Positions 31,069 to 36,651 of a stretch of DNA of 36,651 nt are shown one piece after another (within the stretch, counting starts at the first letter, position 1; every line of letters begins with the position of its first letter). Below the pieces are notes generated by a model. It did not search any database and was not told where the DNA came from. It worked only from the letters and a program-made list of their open reading frames with translations. The position numbers and the translations under genes were made by a program. This DNA comes from Verrucomicrobiota bacterium. Lineage in GTDB: Bacteria > Verrucomicrobiota > Verrucomicrobiia > Limisphaerales > CANJSG01. The stretch is taken from positions 1 to 36,651 of the forward strand of contig JBBQXJ010000044.1 in the NCBI GenBank assembly GCA_038209745.1, written 5' to 3'.

Positions 31069-31417
31069 ATGACCTTCAGCTTCTTCGGCAATTGGCACTG
31101 GGTGTTTCCCGCGCACGGGGTGCTCGACGAAAACCTGACGAGCGACAGGCAAGAAATCGTCACTTCACCCCTGATCCCTCCCCCCGTTCGAGGCGGAGAG
31201 GGAAACGCGGTTCGTGTTCACCTCCGGCTGGCTGGTGCAGAACGGCGTGATCCGGCTGCTGGACGTCTGGTCCCTGGGGTTGTTGACCCGGCGACTGGCG
31301 CCTTCGTTCCCGGAAGCGCGTATCGCCCTCCTCCACCGCAATGGCCTCAAAGCCGCCGCCGTAGGGGCCGGCCTGTTCTGGAACTACGCCTGGTATCGCA
31401 TGTGGGTCTTCGCGTAG
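31069..31417 (+). pseudogene. GtrA-family membrane protein remnant, 5'-truncated and interrupted
   Basis: MTFSFFGNWHWVF in one frame and RFVFTS...LKAAAVGAGLFWNYAWYRMWVFA in another; the frame change coincides with a palindromic insert near 31162-31207. Confidence 0.6.
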
Positions 31418-31599
31418 GGGTGTTCTTTTTGCCCGTTCCGGCCGGGAATCGCGCCATGTCGAAAACGGCATGGGAGGTGTGGGGATAAAAATGCGCACTC
31501 ACTACCACGAAACCGTAGTCCGGAAGGGCGGAACGGAAGGTTCCGGCGGTGAGGAGGGAACCGGCGCTTTCGCAACGAGGCCGTTGCCGTCGGTGAACT

Positions 31600-31754
31600 G
31601 GAACGCGGAGCATCGCGCCGCCCGAATGGAACGGAAATGCCCCAAACAGAGCGGATCCAAAACGCCTCACCAGACGGTGGCTCGATTTCGTCACTGGGAA
31701 ACGGCTCCACTCTCCTGCTCCAGCAAGCCCTTGCGGAGCGATGCTCCGCGCTCC
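31600..31754. repeat. REP-doublet (REPIN-like) element
   Basis: GGAACGCGGAGCATCGCGCCGC (31600-31621) and GCGGAGCGATGCTCCGCGCTCC (31733-31754) are inverted copies (20/22), each internally palindromic. Confidence 0.7.
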
Positions 31755-31987
31755 TTCTGCCTCGTTGCGGGCTAAGCTGGATTGCGGGGCCCGGACGGCA
31801 AGGACGACCATTGACGGTTTGACTCCGAGGATCGGCCTGTTTAGTAGATTGGTTCGTCAGCGCAAAGGACCAGGCGATGTCGGTGTCACAATGACGGAAG
31901 CCCGGTCCACAAGACCCCCTCCGGACTCTGCAGGAGCAGGTGCCCCGGCACATCCACGGTTCTTTTTGGGACGGATTTAAAAGTTTC

Positions 31988-32311
31988 ATGAGCGAAAACA
32001 GACTATTTGTGGGCAATCTCTCCTTCCAGACCCTGGAAAACGATCTACAGGACCACTTCAGCCAAGCGGGCGTCGTGTCCTCCGTGAACTTGATGTTCGA
32101 CAAGCTATCCGGCAAATCGCGTGGTTTTGCTTTCATCGAATTCTCCACTGCGCAAGAGGCTGCCAAGGCCGTCGCAATGTTCCAGGGCAAGGAACTCCTA
32201 GGACGCGCCCTCACTGTGAACCTGGCCATGCCTCGGGAAGAGCGTGCTCCCCGAGAAGGGGGCGGCGGAAGGCGTGGCGAACGGGGCGGCGACCGTGAAC
32301 GCCGCTCGTAG
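31988..32311 (+). CDS. RRM-domain RNA-binding protein
   Basis: RNP2 LFVGNL, RNP1 RGFAFIEF, Gly/Arg-rich tail. Confidence 0.95.
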   Translation: MSENRLFVGNLSFQTLENDLQDHFSQAGVVSSVNLMFDKLSGKSRGFAFIEFSTAQEAAKAVAMFQGKELLGRALTVNLAMPREERAPREGGGGRRGERGGDRERRS

Positions 32312-32338
32312 TCCCATAGTCGGGCAGGTAAATTCTCG

Positions 32339-32377
32339 GCGGTCCCTTCTTCGGGGAAGGACCGCTTTTTTGTTTTT
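32339..32377 (+). terminator. Rho-independent terminator
   Basis: GCGGTCC...GGACCGC stem followed by TTTTTTGTTTTT. Confidence 0.85.
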
Positions 32378-32390
32378 GAGGATTAACCGT

Positions 32391-32419
32391 TTGACACTCA
32401 TTTTTACGCTCCGTAGCGT
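32391..32419 (+). promoter_or_regulatory. Sigma70-type promoter
   Basis: TTGACA (32391-32396), 17-nt spacer, TAGCGT (32414-32419), upstream of the ATG at 32437. Confidence 0.7.
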
Positions 32420-32436
32420 CCTTCTTCAGAATCCGT

Positions 32437-32898
32437 ATGTCTGAAAACACGCCGACGCCCGATGGAGGGCTCCCCCCAAAACCCGCAGAAGCGGGCAAGG
32501 TTCAACCCAAGCAGGCCACGGTCCGCATCAGTCTTCCTCCGAAGCCTGCCGGCGGCGCGACGATCCGGCTTCCGACCATGAAGCCGGCGGCGCCAGCACT
32601 CTCGGTGGCGGCCGCTCCCTCGGAGCCTACTGGAGCTCCCGGTGCGCCGAAGCCGCCCACCGGTCCACGTGCGACGACGGCTCCGGTGGTGACCCGTCCA
32701 GGAGCGCCTTCCACGGCGCCTCGACCGATGGCGACCGGGGCGGGGCGTCCGGCGGCACCCGTTGCAGCGCGGGCTTCGGCTACGATCAGCACGACCGACA
32801 AGGTGTTGGCGATCGTCGCCATGGTTGCCGTGGTGGCGGCTGTCGCGGTCATCGCCCTGCTTACTTGGAGCGGCGACGAATTCTTCAAATCTGTTTAA
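32437..32898 (+). CDS. Hypothetical Pro/Ala-rich protein with a C-terminal TM anchor
   Basis: Low-complexity body with repeated TVRI/TIRL motifs and one hydrophobic C-terminal helix; promoter upstream. Confidence 0.75.
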   Translation: MSENTPTPDGGLPPKPAEAGKVQPKQATVRISLPPKPAGGATIRLPTMKPAAPALSVAAAPSEPTGAPGAPKPPTGPRATTAPVVTRPGAPSTAPRPMATGAGRPAAPVAARASATISTTDKVLAIVAMVAVVAAVAVIALLTWSGDEFFKSV

Positions 32899-32903
32899 GC
32901 ACT

Positions 32904-33239
32904 ATGGCGTCCGATAGCATCTGCATCCTCACTCAGGACAATTTCAAGACCGAGGTTCTCAGCTCGTCCGAGCCGGTCCTCGTGGATTTCTGGGCGGAGT
33001 GGTGCGGTCCCTGCAAGATGATCGCTCCGGTGCTGGACGAGTTGGCCTCCGAATACGAGGGCAAGGTCCGGATCGGCAAGGTGAACATCGACGAGCATTC
33101 GAGTATCGCCATGGAATACGGCGTTCGCGCCATTCCCACGTTGCTCCTGTTCAAAGGGGGCGAAGTCGTGGACCAGATCGTCGGCGCGCGTTCCAAGCGG
33201 GACCTGAAGATCAGCTTGGACCGGGCGATCCAGCCTTGA
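32904..33239 (+). CDS. trxA: Thioredoxin
   Basis: [23 protein letters not shown]. Confidence 0.97.
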   Translation: MASDSICILTQDNFKTEVLSSSEPVLVDFWAEWCGPCKMIAPVLDELASEYEGKVRIGKVNIDEHSSIAMEYGVRAIPTLLLFKGGEVVDQIVGARSKRDLKISLDRAIQP

Positions 33240-33260
33240 CGGGCACCCACCCCGACGGCG

Positions 33261-34268
33261 ATGGCGCTGATCGTCCTACCAGACCAGTTTGTTCGCCGAG
33301 CCGAGCTGTTCCATCAGCTCGGTTCATTGCTTTCCGTGGGTCTTCCCGCGATGAGGGCCTTGGAGCAACTGGCAAAGAATCCTCCTTCCCGCAGTTTTAG
33401 AGCGCCGCTCCGCCGGGTCATTTCGCTCATCGACCAAGGGGAATCGTTCACCCGGGCTTTCCAGAAATCGGGGACTTGGCTGACCCACTTCGACTTGGCG
33501 CTGCTCGAAGCCAGCGAGCGGAGCGGCCGGATGGACTCCGCATGCCGGATTCTGGCGGAGTATTACCGGGAGCGAGCCCGGTTGGCCAAGCAGATGATCT
33601 CGGCGATGGCCTACCCAGTGTTTGTGCTCGGATTCGCGCTGTTCATCTTTCCGATCGACCGTTTCACGGGTCTGGTGCTGCGGGGCGAAGTGCTGCCGTT
33701 CCTCCTCCAGAAAGGGGCGATCTTTGGACTGCTCGGCGGGGTTCCTCTGGCGATCATCTGGGCGGTGCAGGGAAAGAGGGGCGAGAAATGGCGGGTCCTG
33801 CTGGATGCCCTGTGTCGACCGATTCCCTTTCTCGGGAAGGCCCGCCACCAGATGGCGTTGGCCCGTCTTTGCACGGCGCTGGAGGCGCTGATCAGCGCAG
33901 GGGTTTCGATCACCGAGGGGTGGAGCTTGGCGGCCGCTGCGAGCGGTTCGCCGCGAATCGTCCGAGAAGTCGGGACTTGGCAGCCGCAATTCGCCATGGG
34001 CCGGACTCCGGCAGAGCTGGTCCAGGAGGCCCGGGTCTTTCCGGAAATGTTCCAGAGCATGTATGCCGGGGGCGAGATCAGCGGACAGCAGGATGACGTG
34101 TTGATCCGTTTGCAGGGCCACTATGCCGAGGAGGGATCGCGGAATCTCCAATTGGTGACCGAGTGGACTCCCCGCTTGGCCTATCTGGCGATCGTGATCT
34201 ATATCGCGTTCCAGATCGTGGGCTTCTATAGCGACTATTTTGCCCGGGTTAGCGCGGTGAGCCAGTGA
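33261..34268 (+). CDS. GspF/PilC-family membrane protein (stand-alone, short form)
   Basis: LLSVGLP, ASERSGRM, AMAYP, ISAGVSI, GGEISGQ; two F-domain repeats. Confidence 0.85.
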   Translation: MALIVLPDQFVRRAELFHQLGSLLSVGLPAMRALEQLAKNPPSRSFRAPLRRVISLIDQGESFTRAFQKSGTWLTHFDLALLEASERSGRMDSACRILAEYYRERARLAKQMISAMAYPVFVLGFALFIFPIDRFTGLVLRGEVLPFLLQKGAIFGLLGGVPLAIIWAVQGKRGEKWRVLLDALCRPIPFLGKARHQMALARLCTALEALISAGVSITEGWSLAAAASGSPRIVREVGTWQPQFAMGRTPAELVQEARVFPEMFQSMYAGGEISGQQDDVLIRLQGHYAEEGSRNLQLVTEWTPRLAYLAIVIYIAFQIVGFYSDYFARVSAVSQ

Positions 34269-34365
34269 GCCGGCTGTTCGGGGTTCACATTCCTGGGAAA
34301 AGCCCTAGCGTCACTCCTTGGTCGGGGCGGAATCCTCCCCTGCCGATAACCCGCTGGGAACCATC

Positions 34366-35799
34366 ATGATGAAACGAGAAACGCTTGGAACGCACCAGAA
34401 GGCCCTGCAGATCAATCTCGATCCGAGCAAATATGGCGCCTTCGCCGAAATCGGCGCCGGACAGGAGGTCACCCGTTGGTTCTTCCGGGTCGGAGCGGCC
34501 TCCGGGACGGTGGCGAAGACGATCTCGGCCTACGACATGACGGTCAGCGACTCGATCTACGGCCATGTGGATCGGTATGTGAGCCAGGAACGGCTCCATA
34601 CGATGATCGACCATGAATATAGTTTGATGGTCGAGCGATTGGCGGCGAAGCGTGGCGACACCACCAAGTTCTTCGTGTTCGCCGACACGGTCGCGGCCAA
34701 GAGCTTCACCCGGAAAGACGACGCCCACGGCTGGCTGGGCATCCGCTTTCAGACCGCACCCGGGTCTGAGGCGTCGCAGATCGTGGTCCACGCTCGGCTC
34801 TGGGATAAGGAGAACATCCAGCAGCAGGAGGCGTTGGGAATCCTCGGCGTGAACCTCATTCACGCGGGCCTCTATTTTCACAACGACATCGACCTGCTCA
34901 TCGAGTCGCTCATCGACAGCCTGTCTCTCGAACGGGTCGAGATCGACATGATGGCGTGCACGGGTCCGGCTTTCGAGGGATTGGACAACCGGCTGCTGTC
35001 CTTGAAGCTCGTCCAGATGGGGCTGACCAACGCCGCGATGTTCCTCGCGAACGGTCAGAACGTCCAACCGGCCGATGCCCTCTACAAGAAGGCCATTCTC
35101 ATCGAACGAGGCAGCTTCCGGCCTATGACCAACACGACCCTGGACATGCTCCACAGCGCCCAGGCGATGTTCGTCCAGGAGCCGCGCGTCCAGGGCGAGG
35201 ACTTCATGACCATCGTCGAGATGACGCAAAAGAACCTCACCACCGAACAGGGCATCGACCATGCCGACTTTCTGGCGCGGGTGGACATGCTGGGAGCGCT
35301 GGGCATGAACGTCCTGATCTCGAATTACGGTGAATACCACCGGCTTGCCGGTTACCTCTTCCGCCACACGAAGAAGATGATCGGCATCGTCATGGGCGTG
35401 CCGAGCCTCAGGGAGATCTTCGACGAGAAGTATTACACCAACTTGGAGGGTGGAATTCTGGAGTCGTTCGGTCGGCTCTTCAAAAACGATCTCAAGATCT
35501 ATGCCTACCCGTTGATGGAGGAGAAGTCGGGATCGTTGATCACGGCGGGCAACCTCCGAGTGTCGCCCCATTTGCGGCACCTTTATTCCTATCTTGTCGA
35601 GAACCGCTACATCGACAGCATCCGCGACTACAACGAGAAGTATCTCGGCATTTTTTCCCGGGACGTGCTGGCCAAGATCCGTGCCGGCGACAAGGAGTGG
35701 GAGGGGATGGTTCCCGGAGCGGTTGCCAGTCTCATCAAGGAGCGCAAGTTGCTTGGCTACCGCGGCGAGCCGGCCAGGGCGCCTTCGGTGGGGCTTTGA
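34366..35799 (+). CDS. Conserved cytoplasmic protein with a nucleotidyltransferase (NadD)-like C-terminal half
   Basis: YGAFAEIGAGQEV, AKTISAYDM, RGSFRPMT and a NadD-like tail (FSRDVLAKIRAG...MVPGAVASLIKERKLLG); no signal peptide. Confidence 0.7.
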   Translation: MMKRETLGTHQKALQINLDPSKYGAFAEIGAGQEVTRWFFRVGAASGTVAKTISAYDMTVSDSIYGHVDRYVSQERLHTMIDHEYSLMVERLAAKRGDTTKFFVFADTVAAKSFTRKDDAHGWLGIRFQTAPGSEASQIVVHARLWDKENIQQQEALGILGVNLIHAGLYFHNDIDLLIESLIDSLSLERVEIDMMACTGPAFEGLDNRLLSLKLVQMGLTNAAMFLANGQNVQPADALYKKAILIERGSFRPMTNTTLDMLHSAQAMFVQEPRVQGEDFMTIVEMTQKNLTTEQGIDHADFLARVDMLGALGMNVLISNYGEYHRLAGYLFRHTKKMIGIVMGVPSLREIFDEKYYTNLEGGILESFGRLFKNDLKIYAYPLMEEKSGSLITAGNLRVSPHLRHLYSYLVENRYIDSIRDYNEKYLGIFSRDVLAKIRAGDKEWEGMVPGAVASLIKERKLLGYRGEPARAPSVGL

Positions 35800-35887
35800 T
35801 CTGGAACAACCAACGCCCCGGAGGGAGAGGGCTTCGTCCGGATGGTTCTTGGTCGCTGCACGGCTGGAACCTAGAAACTCGGTCCGT

Positions 35888-36238
35888 TCAATTCATCCTG
35901 ACATTGTCGCCCACGTAGATCTCGCCGGCCAAGATGTCGGCGGCGGTGAGGTTGTCCTGGCTGAAGCCGCTGACCCTTAGTTCCCCTACTTTTCGGCCGT
36001 CCCGATAGACGTTGAGCTTCTGCCCATTTTCCGGGACCAAGGCTGTCGGGTAGGCGACAACGACGAAGCGGTCCTTCGTGTTGACCGAGCTGATCCGCCC
36101 GATCAGATCGATGCTCGGCGTCACCACCAAGTTCGTGCTGGCTCCGGTCGAAGCGGCGCCGGAGTCGCGGGACGCGGGAGCGGTGGTGCAGCCGGCCAGC
36201 GCGACGCCGGAGAGCAGGACGATCCAGAACGTCTTCAT
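35888..36238 (-). CDS. Hypothetical lipoprotein
   Basis: Lipobox LAG-C after a hydrophobic leader; small beta-rich domain. Confidence 0.8.
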   Translation of the reverse strand: MKTFWIVLLSGVALAGCTTAPASRDSGAASTGASTNLVVTPSIDLIGRISSVNTKDRFVVVAYPTALVPENGQKLNVYRDGRKVGELRVSGFSQDNLTAADILAGEIYVGDNVRMN

Positions 36239-36291
36239 GTCGGCCGAGTAAAGGGGCGTGGAACCGCCGGCGTCAATCCGGGCCCGGGCTT

Positions 36292-36651
36292 TCAGCCGCC
36301 GATGCAGCTCATCGTCCGCTTTGGCTGGATGAACCCGGGCTCGCCGATGTGGTGTTTGGCTTCCTTGCCGAGCACCACGCAGCGGAGGTAGTCGGCCAGA
36401 GCTTCATCCGAAGCACCTTCGCGCAGGCGACCGCGCAGATCGTGTTCGTGCAGGCTGAAAAGACAGGTCCTGATCTGCCCGTCCGCCGTCAGACGGATGC
36501 GGTTGCAGTGACCGCAGAACGGTTCCGTCACCGGCGCGATCAAACCGATTTCTCCCGTGCCCTGGATGAAGCGCCAGCGGCGCGCGGTCTCGGCGGCATG
36601 GGCGGGAGCCACGGATTCAAGCCCGTGAAGCGCCCCGACGCGCTCGAGGAT
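36292..36651 (-). CDS. moaA: GTP 3',8-cyclase MoaA, 3' portion (gene continues beyond the window)
   Basis: FCGHCNRIRLTADGQIRTCLF (C-terminal Fe-S motif) and terminal MSCIGG. Confidence 0.93.
   Translation of the reverse strand: MLERVGALHGLESVAPAHAAETARRWRFIQGTGEIGLIAPVTEPFCGHCNRIRLTADGQIRTCLFSLHEHDLRGRLREGASDEALADYLRCVVLGKEAKHHIGEPGFIQPKRTMSCIGG

Noticed and set aside
35804..35821. GAACAACCAACGCCCCGG resembling the 21-bp tandem unit at 139-180
   Set aside because: The match is short and GC-rich, and could arise by chance.

Overview
High-GC bacterial DNA; gene content suggests Verrucomicrobiota/PVC, but this is an inference. From left to right: (1) a decayed integron-integrase (intI-like) 3' fragment whose catalytic Tyr codon is interrupted by an ~85-bp structured insert; (2) a beta-CASP nuclease, an exported protein, speA and a membrane protein; (3) a ~15-kb co-oriented locus made of a candidate sigma54 promoter with two phased dyads, a Spy/CpxP/ZraP-like periplasmic protein, a type II secretion gene set (E,F,G,H,I,J,K,L,M,C-like) with a secretin split into two genes inside its N3 domain, and a ZraS/ZraR-like sigma54 two-component pair; (4) a glycosyltransferase, cdd, PNP and moeB; (5) a ~6-kb decaying region with DUF481, adhesin, FN3-type and GtrA remnants, an orphan DUF58 gene, several REP/MITE-like elements, and a divergent 819-aa cas9 that ends just after its HNH domain, with no CRISPR array or cas1/cas2 visible; (6) an RRM protein, trxA, a PilC/GspF-family gene, a CinA/NadD-like protein, a lipoprotein and the 3' end of moaA. 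All calls come from reading motifs by eye; no searches were run.
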